Assembly (NCBI RefSeq): GCF_001194135.2
Contig: NC_068992.1
Location: forward strand, 11,600,897-11,637,294
Reading direction: 5' to 3'
Length of the DNA: 36,398 bases
Source: Octopus bimaculoides
Taxonomy: Eukaryota
In this document: one piece after another, positions 1 to 12,625 of the stretch
How positions within the stretch are numbered: the stretch's first letter is position 1
Layout: every line of letters begins with the position of its first letter
The notes under the pieces: generated by a model
What the model saw: the letters and a program-made list of their open reading frames with translations, nothing else
Told to the model about the DNA's origin: nothing
The model's database searches: none
Translations under genes and position numbers: made by a program

Positions 1-39
<39 letters not shown>

Positions 40-63
40 TATATGTTTGCATATACTCATATA

Positions 64-250
64 CAGGGGTATAGCCAGGATGGAGCAAGCAGGCACATGC
101 CCTGGGTGCCACGTTGAGGTGGGGGCGCAATATTACCCAGAATAATTTTCTAATTAAGTTATTTCTATGCAAGGTTCCACTTTTTGGTTAGGGGTAGGGG
201 TGCAATTTTGATGCTTGCCCTGAGCGCCATTTACCCTAGCTGTGCCCCTC
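64..250. mobile_element. hAT-like non-autonomous MITE (187 bp)
   Basis: Left end CAGGGGTATAGCCAGG vs reverse complement of right end GAGGGGCACAGCTAGG (12/16 match). Flanked by near-identical 8-mers CTCATATA (56-63) and CTCACATA (251-258). An 8-bp TSD is typical of hAT. GC-richer than the flanks, no ORF. Confidence 0.7.
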
Positions 251-1020
251 CTCACATATACTGAGCCCACAGCCCAACTGTTCCTGGCATCCTGTGTATT
301 GAAAGACCTAGATTCTAATGAATCCTACAAGTGAATGATACTATACAATACACGTGTGCATGTGTGTGTGTGTGTGTGTGTGTGTTTTTGATTCTGTATG
401 TATCACTGCTGCTCTAACAATGTCAGGGCAGCGGTGACATTGTTAAGGTCACCGATAAGCAAAACATCAAGAAAGAGTTTAATGTGGGACCTCTAAAATA
501 AAGTACCTTACTAAGGATTGTTGTCCGGATGGGCATCAAGTGGTAAAATACTCAACCAACTCATGCCAGCACAGAAAAATGGACATACAAACCAATATTT
601 ATTCACGTACTTCAGTGTATGAGTAAATGTGTAGCAAAGGAGGAGGCGGGGGGGAGAAAGATAATTTGAAAATATAAAAAAAAAAAAAACACTACGAATC
701 ATAGCCATCTTCAGTCAGAATTAATATTTTTATGTGGAACAAACTGATGGTGACAGCTCAATAAATTAATAACACATCTTCGTCAATATATATTCACTTA
801 ACAGTATGGACTTAACACTACTCGGAAAAAAAAAACAAATAATAATAATAAAAAATAAATAAATGATAATAGTAACTAAAGCAAAATTTAAAAAAAAACA
901 AACAAACAATCTGTCGGAATTAGGAAAGCTTTCTAATATTTGTTACTTCTTAATTAAAAGAAATAATTGAACACCAAAAATAGTAATGATGATCATGATA
1001 ATGACAATGTCTACCACAAA

Positions 1021-1037
1021 TACTGCTGCTGCTGCTG

Positions 1038-1079
<42 letters not shown>

Positions 1080-1135
1080 TTAATAATATTAATAATAATA
1101 ATAACAACAAAAACAATAGCAATAATAGTAATAAA
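1021..1135. repeat. Compound trinucleotide microsatellite (CTG)n-(CTA)n-(AAT)n-(AAC)n
   Basis: Directly visible adjacent arrays. Confidence 0.95.
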
Positions 1136-1177
1136 ACAGGTATATTGTATGCATGTGTGTGTATGTGTATGTGTGTG

Positions 1178-1305
1178 GAGAGAGAGAGAGAGAGAGTAGT
1201 GTTGAGAGAGCATAATGTCTGTTTCCTCATATTCTAAATAACAGAATACATTGTGTTAAAGAACAACAAAGATAGACAGAAAAGGAAAAGAGAGAAAGGG
1301 AAGGT

Positions 1306-1350
<45 letters not shown>
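1178..1350. repeat. (GA)n microsatellites in a purine-rich tract
   Basis: GA runs at ~1178-1197 and ~1309-1350. Confidence 0.9.
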
Positions 1351-1353
<3 letters not shown>

Positions 1354-1520
1354 GAGAGAATAGGTAAGACAGAGGGAGAAAACAGACAAATATGTATGGT
1401 AATAATTGTTGACAGTTAAAACAATTATAATTTTAATTCTGTAATTAATCACAACTTAATCCTTAAAAGAAGATTAAAGAATTCATCAATGCAATTGGTT
1501 ATGTTGATTTTGTTCTCTTT

Positions 1521-2152
1521 NNNNNNNNNNNNNNNNNNNNNNNNNNNNNNNNNNNNNNNNNNNNNNNNNNNNNNNNNNNNNNNNNNNNNNNNNNNNNNNN
1601 NNNNNNNNNNNNNNNNNNNNNNNNNNNNNNNNNNNNNNNNNNNNNNNNNNNNNNNNNNNNNNNNNNNNNNNNNNNNNNNNNNNNNNNNNNNNNNNNNNNN
1701 NNNNNNNNNNNNNNNNNNNNNNNNNNNNNNNNNNNNNNNNNNNNNNNNNNNNNNNNNNNNNNNNNNNNNNNNNNNNNNNNNNNNNNNNNNNNNNNNNNNN
1801 NNNNNNNNNNNNNNNNNNNNNNNNNNNNNNNNNNNNNNNNNNNNNNNNNNNNNNNNNNNNNNNNNNNNNNNNNNNNNNNNNNNNNNNNNNNNNNNNNNNN
1901 NNNNNNNNNNNNNNNNNNNNNNNNNNNNNNNNNNNNNNNNNNNNNNNNNNNNNNNNNNNNNNNNNNNNNNNNNNNNNNNNNNNNNNNNNNNNNNNNNNNN
2001 NNNNNNNNNNNNNNNNNNNNNNNNNNNNNNNNNNNNNNNNNNNNNNNNNNNNNNNNNNNNNNNNNNNNNNNNNNNNNNNNNNNNNNNNNNNNNNNNNNNN
2101 NNNNNNNNNNNNNNNNNNNNNNNNNNNNNNNNNNNNNNNNNNNNNNNNNNNN
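1521..2152. other. Assembly gap (other gaps: 2584-2593, 2923-3071, 7619-7715, 13085-13094, 15999-16765, 26304-26386)
   Basis: Runs of N, most adjoining simple repeats. Confidence 1.
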
Positions 2153-2184
2153 TAGCTATCTATGTCTGTCAGTCTCTCTCTCAG

Positions 2185-2234
<50 letters not shown>

Positions 2235-2541
2235 ATTTTATGTTTATCTATCCAGCTATCTATCTGTCTGTATGTATGTCTGTATGAATATATGTTTGTT
2301 TATTTATTTCTCTGTCTACTTATCTATCTATTTATCTATCTCTCAACCTATTGGTCTGTCTATCTCTTTATTTCTCTCTCTCTCTCTCCCTCTCTCTATC
2401 TATCTATCCGTTATTTAACTATGTTGTTTTCATTATCTGCTTTCTACACTCCATACATCTTGCTTAATCTGATTAATTAATTTATCATCTTAATTGTAGA
2501 TTATCGCGACCAACTGGTTAATCTGGTTCTTCCAATAAAAA

Positions 2542-2583
<42 letters not shown>

Positions 2584-2593
2584 NNNNNNNNNN

Positions 2594-2633
<40 letters not shown>

Positions 2634-2870
2634 GTGTAAATGAGTAAATATACAAACAAACAAAACCAAGCAAGGCACACACAAATAAATACATAGTAAA
2701 CATGACAGCTACATACGTTGTCACACACATACAAACAACGAAGTGCATACACATGTACACACCAATCACATACCTACATATATGAATATACATATGCATA
2801 CACATATAAATACTTCACACATACATGCATACATATATATATATATATGTATGTGTATGTATGTGTATGC

Positions 2871-2922
<52 letters not shown>
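2153..2922. repeat. Microsatellite cluster (TCTA)n, (CA)n, (TA)n
   Basis: Directly visible. Confidence 0.95.
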
Positions 2923-3071
2923 NNNNNNNNNNNNNNNNNNNNNNNNNNNNNNNNNNNNNNNNNNNNNNNNNNNNNNNNNNNNNNNNNNNNNNNNNNNNNN
3001 NNNNNNNNNNNNNNNNNNNNNNNNNNNNNNNNNNNNNNNNNNNNNNNNNNNNNNNNNNNNNNNNNNNNNNN

Positions 3072-3141
3072 ATCATCATCATCATCATCATCATCGTTTA
3101 ACGTCCGCTTTCCATGCTAGCATGGGTTGGACGATTTGACT
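3072..3141 (-). mobile_element. Family C retroposon 3' fragment with (GAT)n tail
   Basis: 3084-3141 is identical over 58 nt to 7001-7058 and is the reverse complement of the 3' ends at ~13870-13924 and ~21860-21923. Confidence 0.85.
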
Positions 3142-3173
<32 letters not shown>

Positions 3174-4259
3174 TGTTTGTATATGTATATATGTGCATAT
3201 ATACATGTATATCTATATGTGTATACATATACATATATAAATGTATACATACATACACACATGTATATAATACACATTAATATATCTTTATTTATCAATG
3301 TTTGTTTTTAAGTTAAGTTATATATATACAACCGATCTAACATTAAACTGAGAGCTTGCTCAATACGTTTTAGTCAAGCGTAGATATGTTAAACTATTAC
3401 AAATAAAAGGTCGACAGGGACTTCAAAGTTCTGACTTGCTCACCATCTTGAAACAGTCAGACTAAGGCAAGCAATCCCAAAACCTCAACGTCAATGTTAA
3501 ACCATTCTTTATAATAATTCAATAGATATATTACTACATCTATATTTATATCTATTTGTTTATATATATGTATGTGTGTGGGAGTGCATGCATATGACAA
3601 TGAAATGGAAACATGCAAGAATATGCATGCATAAAAACAGGTGAAATATGAACATAAACACATTGATACAAACTTGTATGTGTAGATGTTAAAGATCTAG
3701 AACAGCCTCATACTGAAAACTCTGTCCATGGAAATAGTTTTGAAATATCTCCGTAACTGCTAACCAATAACCATTTTTGCAAATGTCACAATGTTTTCTG
3801 TGTCAGCAATGTATCAAGAATAAGGTCATCCTGTAAATGCCCATCACCTACCATGCTATTAATTACTGTAGTTTATTACAGGTATGAATAGTATGTGAAA
3901 GGAGAAGGTTCGACTGAGAAATCGAAAGGACAGTCAGTGACCTGTCTTGTCAGGGGTCTTACTTGCATTGTATGGGGCTGGCAAGAAATGAAAACAGGTT
4001 TCTTGCATCTTAACTAATTGTTGTGTTGCCATTAGAGATTACAGCATCTCGTAGTATGCCACATGTGGATATGTCTTTCAAGACCGATCGTCCTTATTCT
4101 GACAATTGATTATTGCATTATCGCTAGGAATCGTAGAGACAAGAAGTGAAGCGAAAAAGGCTCAACAGGAAATTGAACTGGCATACACGTAAATACATAT
4201 ATCTATAAACACATAAAATTATACATGTAAATATATGTATGTGTACATATTAAGAATAC

Positions 4260-4293
<34 letters not shown>

Positions 4294-5660
4294 TGAGGGT
4301 GAAAGAAAATTAACCCTTCCCAAGTAGGATGTCATTCTATTAAAGGTCAAACTTCCAGGTCTTTTGGAACTTATCCACAGTTCCTGAGCAGACTGAGTCA
4401 AATAGAATTAGACATAGTGTCTATAAACACAATAATGCTACAATGTATAAAATTTGAACTCAGTTACAAAGATGGTATTTCAATAGTCTATGTACTTAGC
4501 ATATGCTTATGTAAGCAACCTAGCATCATTGGTTCTTAAACTAGTAATAGCAAAAATGGAAGTAAATGTATAAAATATTGACAAACTTTCAAAAGTTTCT
4601 GTACAGGACTTCTCATAATATAAATTTACAGCTGACTCAAAAAAAATCATAAGATTAATTAACAAGCTTGTTTTCTTTGCTTTTGTAATTTTTATTATTA
4701 TTTCATTAGTATAAAAACAATCTGAAGAAAAGTTTTAAATCAACTTCGAAAAGCAGGTGGAATAATGACAAAACTATAGCAAGAATAATACTTTTCTATG
4801 CTTACCTCTACAATCACAGTGTATCACATTCCAAGCCCTTGCTTCTGGTTCCAGTTGAATTGCATTGAGACAAACCCACGAACAAAACCAACTAACAATA
4901 TTAGGTTCCATCACAGAAAATCATCATGAAGTTACGTAGAGAAGTTCATACATTCTTCGGTGAAGACCTTGTTGTAAATAATGAATGCAGCTATGCTTGA
5001 ACCATTGGCCACTCCCCCAGAGTTAATCTTTAATTGAAAGGCCTGGCCAAAATTTTGATGAGTGCCAATCAATCTTGTTGTCTCCTTTCTTAGCTCTGAT
5101 TGGTTTTGCTTGGTTTATGCTGACTGTCAATCACAGATTGATAATCATGGGATTAACAGTGAAATCAAATCTACTTATGTATTTTTATTGTTTTCTGTCA
5201 ATTTGCCCAAAAATATAAATCTCTACATATATATTTATATATAGACATAGATATACATTTGAAAATGTCTGCGTATGTGCACTCATATTACAATCTTATA
5301 TGTTTAGACATCATGTAATCACATGAAAGCCTATTTTCTATTTGGGTTTTGATCTAAGTAGAAGAGAAGCCATTCTTTGGAGTTCAGCTATTGAATTTGT
5401 GATAAATATTCTAGCCACAATAAAAAGGTAAACAAAACCCCAGCATAAAGTGCAGACTTAACTAAATTCTTAAGATGACATTATTTTGAAATTTTTTGGT
5501 GAACAAATTTGGAGTGAGTCAATCAAATAGTATGTATTTTAAAGAAAGACAGATGCTGAATAGGGGTGGGAAAATAAATGAGATAGTCTTAGGCAGTGAA
5601 TACTTCTTGTAAAGTTATCCATATGAGAGGGTTCAGCCAGCACATTGAGGGATCAAGTAC

Positions 5661-5754
5661 CTCAATGGTGTGATCCGCTGGTGCATAGAAGGTTCAACAT
5701 GTACTGTAGAGCCTTGTAGAGGTTCATGAATATCTGAGAGCCCACACCCCTTAT
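5661..5754 (-). CDS. Candidate internal exon, unknown protein: (D)KGCGLSDIHEPLQGSTVHVEPSMHQRITPL(R)
   Basis: Long poly-T tract ending TTTCTTAG acceptor, GAG|GTACTT donor, open phase 1 to phase 2, locally GC-richer. No homology recognised. Confidence 0.3.
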
Positions 5755-5820
5755 CTAAGAAAGAAAACATACAAAAAAAGTAAAAAAAAAAAAAATGCTC
5801 TTCTTGAATTTTGTGAAGGG

Positions 5821-5862
5821 TTAGGGTTAGGGTTAGGGTTAGGGTTAGGGTTAGGGTTAGGG
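5821..5862 (+). repeat. Interstitial telomeric repeat (TTAGGG)7
   Basis: Seven perfect units preceded by a degenerate GAAGGG; ordinary sequence on both sides. Confidence 0.95.
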
Positions 5863-5937
5863 AGATGTGGGATCAAATGTGTCTTGTTCCACTTTGCAGA
5901 GTTTTTATAACAAGCTCCATTGTTTAAGTATTTGTTC

Positions 5938-6348
5938 TCTTTACTCTTTTACTTGTTTCAGTCATTTGACTGCGGCCATGCTGGAGCACCACCTTTAGTC
6001 GAGCAAATCGACCCCAGGACTTATTCTTTGGAAGCTTAGTACTTATTTTATCGGTCTCTTTTTGCCGAAATGAAAAGTTACAGGGATGTAAACACACCAC
6101 CATCGGTTGTCAAGCGATGGTGGGGGGGGGAACAAACACAGACACACAAAAACGCATACATATACATATATATATATATGCACATATATACGATGGGCTT
6201 CTTTCAGCTTCCGTCTACCAAATCCACTCACAAGGCTTTGGTCGGCCCGAGGCCATAGCAGAAAACACTTGCCCAAGTGCCACACAGTGGGACTGAACCT
6301 GGAACCATGTGGTTGGTAAGCAAGCTACTTACCACACAGCCAGTCCTA
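5938..6348 (-). mobile_element. SINE family A, near full length, with internal TA/CA microsatellite
   Basis: Reverse complement of the copy at 12923-13262 and collinear with 24742-25177. The head has tRNA-like A/B-box-type motifs (TGGCTGTGTGG ... GGTTCAGTCCC). Confidence 0.9.
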
Positions 6349-6522
6349 TTTTTAAAATATTTTAAATTCAACAACTCTTCCGGTTGTTAAAATTTTACAC
6401 ATTCCTGTTCTTCTATAACATTAAGTATGAGATATCTGTCACCCACAAATAATTATGGCTTCGTAACATGCACCATACTTTCACTACAAATGAATATTAG
6501 TTGAGGGTTGGTGCAGCTCTCT

Positions 6523-6554
<32 letters not shown>

Positions 6555-6639
6555 TCATCTTTTAGATCCTGATCTGCTTCCTGGATCAAAGAGGAGGACA
6601 GTCTAGAAAGTGCCTATGTCTGTTCAAAATGATAAAGAC

Positions 6640-6720
6640 CTGCAACAATTGCCTTTCATCTTTTTTTGGCTCAATACAATAAGATACCAGTAATGTACTG
6701 GGGTTGTGCCTCGACAATAA
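6640..6720 (+). mobile_element. SINE family B degenerate fragment
   Basis: TTGCCTTTCATC...ATAAGATACCAGT...TACTGGGGT resembles 15190-15245. Confidence 0.5.
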
Positions 6721-7000
6721 ACCATTATTACTTTGCAAGATATGATATAGATATCACAGAAATATTATTTGATCTCAAAACTCAAAACTATATTTTCAAT
6801 AAAAGCAGAATATAATTTTATATGGAGAGAATTTCAGTGTATGTTGTGTGTGTGTGTGTGTGTGTGTGTGCGCGTGTGTGTGTGTGTGCATGCATGTGTG
6901 TGCGTGCACATGTGTCCATATATGTGTGTGTGTGGTGTATATTCATGAGTGTGTGCATATTTGTATGCCTAGTAAGTAGGTTAGCATCTATAATGTGTGT

Positions 7001-7159
7001 ATCATCATCATCGTTTAACGTCCGCTTTCCATGCTAGCATGGGTTGGACGATTTGACTGAGGACTGGTGAAACCGGATGGCAACACCAGGCTCCAGTCTG
7101 ATTTGGCAGAGTTTCTACAGCTGGATGCCCTTCCTAACGCCAACCACTCAGAGAGTGTA
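7001..7159 (-). mobile_element. Family C retroposon, 5'-truncated copy
   Basis: Reverse complement of the 3' part of 13551-13924, including GGATGCCCTTCCTAACGCCAACC and the (GAT)n tail. Confidence 0.9.
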
Positions 7160-7201
7160 TGTGTATGATAATACATGACAGCCCTTGCATAAAGTTATGT
7201 G

Positions 7202-7248
<47 letters not shown>

Positions 7249-8005
7249 TTGCATATACCTAGTATATGAGTTACATGTGTATGTGTATGTGCATGTGTGT
7301 ATGCATTGTACATGTTCATGTGTGTGCATGCGTGTGTGTGTGTGTGTGTTTAAGATCACACAAGCTCTTCATGTGTGCACATGTGTATGTGTGTGCAGAA
7401 CAGATCTCTATGTGCATGTGCATGTTTATGCATAGCAGATCTTGTATAAGGTGCTCTATAAATATACATACATGTGCATGCAAGTGTGTTTGTGTGTTGT
7501 GTGTGTGTGTAAGTGCATTCCTGTCAATGAGTGTTTATGTATGTGCATCTATTCTGTACAATGTCTATGCATGTGTGTACATGTGTGTGTGTGCATGGTG
7601 TGTGTGTGTGTGTGTGTGNNNNNNNNNNNNNNNNNNNNNNNNNNNNNNNNNNNNNNNNNNNNNNNNNNNNNNNNNNNNNNNNNNNNNNNNNNNNNNNNNN
7701 NNNNNNNNNNNNNNNTATATATATATATATATATTTATATATACACACACATGCAAAAGCAAGGTAAAATTAAGTATAAAAACTGCAACAGGCCAACTAA
7801 CTAGAGGACAAGAGATAGTCCCTTCTTCTTTGTTTTACCATTGTTTTTGTTGTTGTTATCATCTTTCGTTCACTCTCCACCCCTACTCTCACTCTGCTTA
7901 TTGTTTCATTTCTAGTAGATATTGAATTAGCGTGTAATATCTAACTATGAGGAACTCTTATGCAACAATCAGATATTTATATTTATCAGCTGTAACAGAT
8001 CATAG

Positions 8006-8184
8006 ACACTGCAATCAAACTGGAGGCAATTTCGTGTTGATATTGAATTTAAAAGTGAAAGAAAACTTCTTTATAGTTGGAACGATGACTATGCGTTCCA
8101 ACTATATGGTCGATGGAAATTTTCTGCTTCAGTTTTTCTACGTATTAGAGGAACTAACGATAATATATGCTATTTCTTCAAAAG
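8006..8184 (+). CDS. Candidate exon, unknown protein: TLQSNWRQFRVDIEFKSERKLLYSWNDDYAFQLYGRWKFSASVFLRIRGTNDNICYFFK(R)
   Basis: CATAG acceptor, AAG|GTTTAT donor, 59 open codons with protein-like composition. A second frame (ORF 7947-8210) is also open, so the frame is ambiguous. Confidence 0.3.
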
Positions 8185-8443
8185 GTTTATGTCAGCACCT
8201 TAGGAACTAAACCTTGGTCTTTACATTAAGTTAGGAAACAGAGTTTTTTTTTTTTTCAGTTTTCCAATTTCTTTATTAACTTTTTTTTTTTCTGTTTTAG
8301 TTCCATTGTTATTTCTGGTATCTTTCCTTATTTTACATTTTTGTTTTTTATTCCAAAGTGAAAGTTATTCTGCGGCACCGTTTATACCATATCAAAAATG
8401 CTTAAGAAACAATTTTTTTTTTTGTTTTTTGGAAAGAAGGTCA

Positions 8444-8607
8444 TTAAAAAATACAAGAAGGATTCACTTTAAACAACTTTCTTCCTTCTTCTTCTTGTAT
8501 TGCAGGAGGGATATCCACTGTATTATAGAAGGGCTGCTTTCCTGACATTCTTGCAGCCTCTGTATCAGGAAACATGCTTTCCCTTTGACTTTCATTTTCA
8601 TTGACTT
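8444..8607 (-). CDS. Candidate terminal exon: (x)VNENESQRESMFPDTEAARMSGKQPFYNTVDIPPAIQEEEGRKLFKVNPSCIF*
   Basis: CATAG acceptor with an in-frame stop just upstream, then 53 open codons ending TAA TGA. An antisense frame with a good acceptor is also open. No homology recognised. Confidence 0.28.
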
Positions 8608-9227
8608 CTATGTAGCATAGACATCAAATGAAGGATTCATTTCACATTACGGAATTCCATGTTACAGCAAAATTATTCAGGAACACAATGCTTTCGTAAT
8701 ACAGGAAACATCTGAAACCTTGGAACTTGTTCCAATTTTCAAAATAATTAGCAATTGACAAGGAACTTTCCTTCTTTGAACAAAAATTCCATTATATTAC
8801 TTGTTTAACTCATGGGAGATGTTTTTACTTCAATGTTGCATGCTTACAATACATTTACAAATTTATGCAGAGCATAAATACAAGATGCATCTTGAAATTG
8901 ATTTCAATGCACCATTGTCCTAGTCACTCCGTTAACAGAATTATAGAGTAATTGAGTAACATCTTCCACAAACAAAAGCAATCTTAATGCAACCCTTACT
9001 ATAGCAGTGTCCTTTGGTAGAGTTAGTGAGGGGGCATTCTAAGGCCTCAAATCCCAGGTACTTTGACAATCAAGGTAGACAGCCAGCTTAATGATTACCC
9101 TAGTTGTAAGTTTTAATCAACAGCAAAGAAAAATAAATTAGTGTTTTTAATTTTGCATAGCTGCAAATGCAAATATCTAACAGAAAAGAGGAAGAAAATT
9201 GAAGACTTCATACACGTGTGCATGCAA

Positions 9228-9258
<31 letters not shown>

Positions 9259-9369
9259 ATGCACGTAAGCATTTGTTATTTATATCATCATCAAATTGTA
9301 CTATGAACACCTGCTGCAGAGGATGCAATAAACCACAATGGTGAAACAGGTGTTTGGAACGAATGGTAT

Positions 9370-9422
9370 AAATTGCATATCTATATATGGAGATATATAT
9401 ATATCACATGTGTGTGTGTATG

Positions 9423-9508
<86 letters not shown>

Positions 9509-10209
9509 TTACTTGGAAAAGGATGTGTGGCATTCGATCATATAATGATATAAATAATATATATATATATATATATACATGTGTGTGTGTGTGTGTGTGT
9601 GTTTTGTCTTTGCCTTTGAAACACCGAGTAGGGACAACGGAAGGAGGATAATATTCTTTATGTTACATGTCACGTTTCTCTGTTTGTTTTTTACGTTGTT
9701 CGAAAAAAAATTCGTTTTCTGTCTTCGTCTTTATGTTTACGTTTCTCATTGTGTTTAACATTTTTTGTGATGTCCTGTACCCATATATGCTTGTATGTAT
9801 ACATATAGATGTCGGTATGTACATATATGTATGGATATATGCATATATTTATATATTATTTATGTTATTATATATATATGTATATGTGTGTGCGTGTGTA
9901 TATATGTGTTTGTGTGTGAATGTATGCACATAAGTATATATAAATATTTATATAAGAAGAGAGAGCAAGAGAGAGAGAGACTGAGAGAGAGAAAGAGAGA
10001 GAGAGAGTTGTCAATAATCATGAATAATCTAATTGGTTTTATTGTTTTTGCTGCTGACGGATGGTTTGTGGTTGGCAAGCAAGGAAGAGGATCAGGGCTT
10101 ATGGAATACCCTGATGCTAAAACACCTTTTCGTAAACTAAAGCAAGCAATAAACTCTTCAAGTAATTAATTCTGACCGATTAACTATGAAACTTCAATAC
10201 ATAAAGACA

Positions 10210-10278
<69 letters not shown>

Positions 10279-10517
10279 GTATATACATACATATATACGT
10301 TATATACATGTGCATGAATATAAATATGTATATACATGTATGTGTGTGTATATATATGAGTATATATATATATATGTATATAGCCAGCATGGTAGCAGTC
10401 AAATGACTGAAAAGACTAAAAGAGTACATACATATATATATACATATATGTATATATATATGTATGTATATATACATGCATCTAATAAAAAAGATGCTTG
10501 CACACACAGTGTATGTA

Positions 10518-10558
<41 letters not shown>

Positions 10559-11035
10559 TTGTGTATACGTATGTATTGTTTTTCTGCATCAAATATTCAA
10601 ATATTTACAATGCCATTTTGCAACATTGCCTGGAAAGGTTCTTTTTTTTATTTTTGCTTGTTTTCTTTTTTTTTTTTTTTTTTTTTTTTTTTTCCAGGAC
10701 ATTACAAAGTACATACTTGTATGATTGGCATGCTGTCAATTCTTTTCATGAAAATGATCAGGCATTTGAAAAGCAAACATAATTTGATCTGAAATGTGAG
10801 ATGATAAAGGATTTTTCAGAAATTATCATTTCCAAAAGACTAGTAATATTAAAGAATGTAAGTTAGTTCATATGCATGTATACATGTTTGTATATCGTAT
10901 ATACATACATACATGTATATATAAACAGATATATATGTGTATGTATATTAATAAATATATATACATATATATATATGCGTGTATACATATATGTATAAAT
11001 ATGCATTATGTATTTGTACTTATTTATGTATCATC

Positions 11036-11067
<32 letters not shown>

Positions 11068-11369
11068 TGTTATGCATATATATATATACACACATAAATA
11101 TATTTATGCATATATATACATATATATATACATATATATATACATGTGCGTGTGTGTATGTGTGTGCATGTATGTGTGTACATATATATTTATATATGTA
11201 CATACAGACATACACTTATATATGTATGTGCATACATGTATCTATATCTATCTATATCTATCTATATCTATCTATATGTGCATGTATGTGTGTATGTGTG
11301 TGTGTTACATCCATATTGAATTGTATCACAAATATATCAAAGGACGGAAATGAAATTTTGGTAGGCTGA

Positions 11370-11407
<38 letters not shown>

Positions 11408-11625
11408 GCAGATATCACACACACACACACACGCACACACACACACACACACATGCACACACACACACACACACACACACACAGATATATATACACCCAT
11501 GGATACACATCCTTATCTATCACACACATTCACAGACATGTATAACTCACACACACTTATACACATGCACACGTGCACACGTGCACACAAGCACAAACAC
11601 ACACATCAACAAACATAATAGACAG
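9370..11625. repeat. Dense (TA)n/(TG)n/(CA)n microsatellite field with short unique interludes
   Basis: Directly visible; accounts for the YI/VC/TH pseudo-ORFs. Confidence 0.9.
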
Positions 11626-12354
11626 ATGCTTATATTTTCTTAAAATACTGCCATATCCATACTACTCAAACAAAAAGAGAATTAAAAAGCTAAATCTACC
11701 CACAGTTGACAAAGCTACAATATACTCTAAAGAATAGTCCCATCCAATGAATATTTATTTCATTTTATTTTAGCATAATGTTCTTGTCAATATCTTTTCT
11801 TGTAATTTATTATTTTATTTTACTTTTATTCATCCATTTGTCTCCGAAAAAAACCAAACAATTTCATGTTTTTTGTAGTTTATATTGTTTTATTATATAT
11901 TTTACATTTGTTCTTCATTTTGTTTTGTTCTTTTTTTCACCACATAACTGATTATTTTTATATTTTTGCTACAAATATTTTATTTATATTTTATTTATAT
12001 TTTATTATATGTTTTTTTTCTTCTTTATTTGTGTCACTTTTGTTTTATTCATTTAGTTATTTATGTTTCGTTTTTGTTTTTTCATTTGACAGTCCATTTG
12101 GTCTACCTTAGTAATATGCTAATATATTTTCAGTTTTTATTTTGTTTTATTTTGTTCTTTGTATCATTTTCAGTGTAAATGTATTGACTGCAAGAAGTCT
12201 ACTTATTCTATACAAGCTTTTTTTTTTTTCGTTTTTTGTTTTAATACATTAGTAAACAAATACAATGCAAAATAAATATACAAATAAATAAAACTAAAAG
12301 GAACAAAAATAAAAGAAGATAAAATAAAATAAATCCATCTAGAGAAAATAATAC

Positions 12355-12453
12355 GATTAAAGCCATCTCTCTCTGTTTTTGCTCAAAATGCGTGAGTGAA
12401 AGATCATTTGGTATTTCTGTGTTTGTGTGTTCGTCAGAGACTTTGTTAAATAA
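12355..12453 (-). CDS. Candidate internal exon: LFNKVSDEHTNTEIPNDLSLTHFEQKQREMALI
   Basis: TCTTGCAG acceptor, ATC|GTATTA donor, 99 nt, phase 0 to phase 0. Confidence 0.22.
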
Positions 12454-12499
12454 CTGCAAGATTATACATGACTCACAGTGTTAAAGAAAAATCATATTT

Positions 12500-12625
12500 T
12501 ACAGGAACAGAATGCGTGCTTTGTGGCTTTCGTTCTGGCTCTGTAGGTTCGGCATTCAAATTCTGTCAAGGTCAACTTTGGCCTTTCAGAGTTAGGAGGG
12601 GTCAATCAAAATAAGGTACCAGTGA
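12500..12625 (+). mobile_element. SINE family B degenerate fragment
   Basis: TTCAAATTCTG..AAGGTCAACTTTG...GGGGTCAAT..AATAAGGTACCAGT matches 15165-15235. Confidence 0.6.

Noticed and set aside
1489-2418. Long ORFs spanning N runs (also 15853-16978 and 2718-3139)
   Set aside because: Their length comes from untranslatable gap bases; not evidence of coding.
3881-5427. Several possible small exons on both strands (e.g. IVETRSEAKKAQQEIELAYT; LIGTHQNFGQAFQLKINSGG; REAILWSSAIEFVINILATIK)
   Set aside because: Mutually conflicting strands and frames, and within chance expectation for AT-rich DNA.
5821-5862. True chromosome end
   Set aside because: Only 7 units, with continuous ordinary sequence on both sides.
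10021-10169. Protein-looking ORF MNNLIGFIVFAADGWFVVGKQGRGSGLMEYPDAKTPFRKLKQAINSSSN
   Set aside because: No usable splice boundaries, the antisense frame is equally open, and no recognised homology.
6822-11643. Many YIYI/VCVC/HTHT ORFs
   Set aside because: Translations of stop-free dinucleotide microsatellites.
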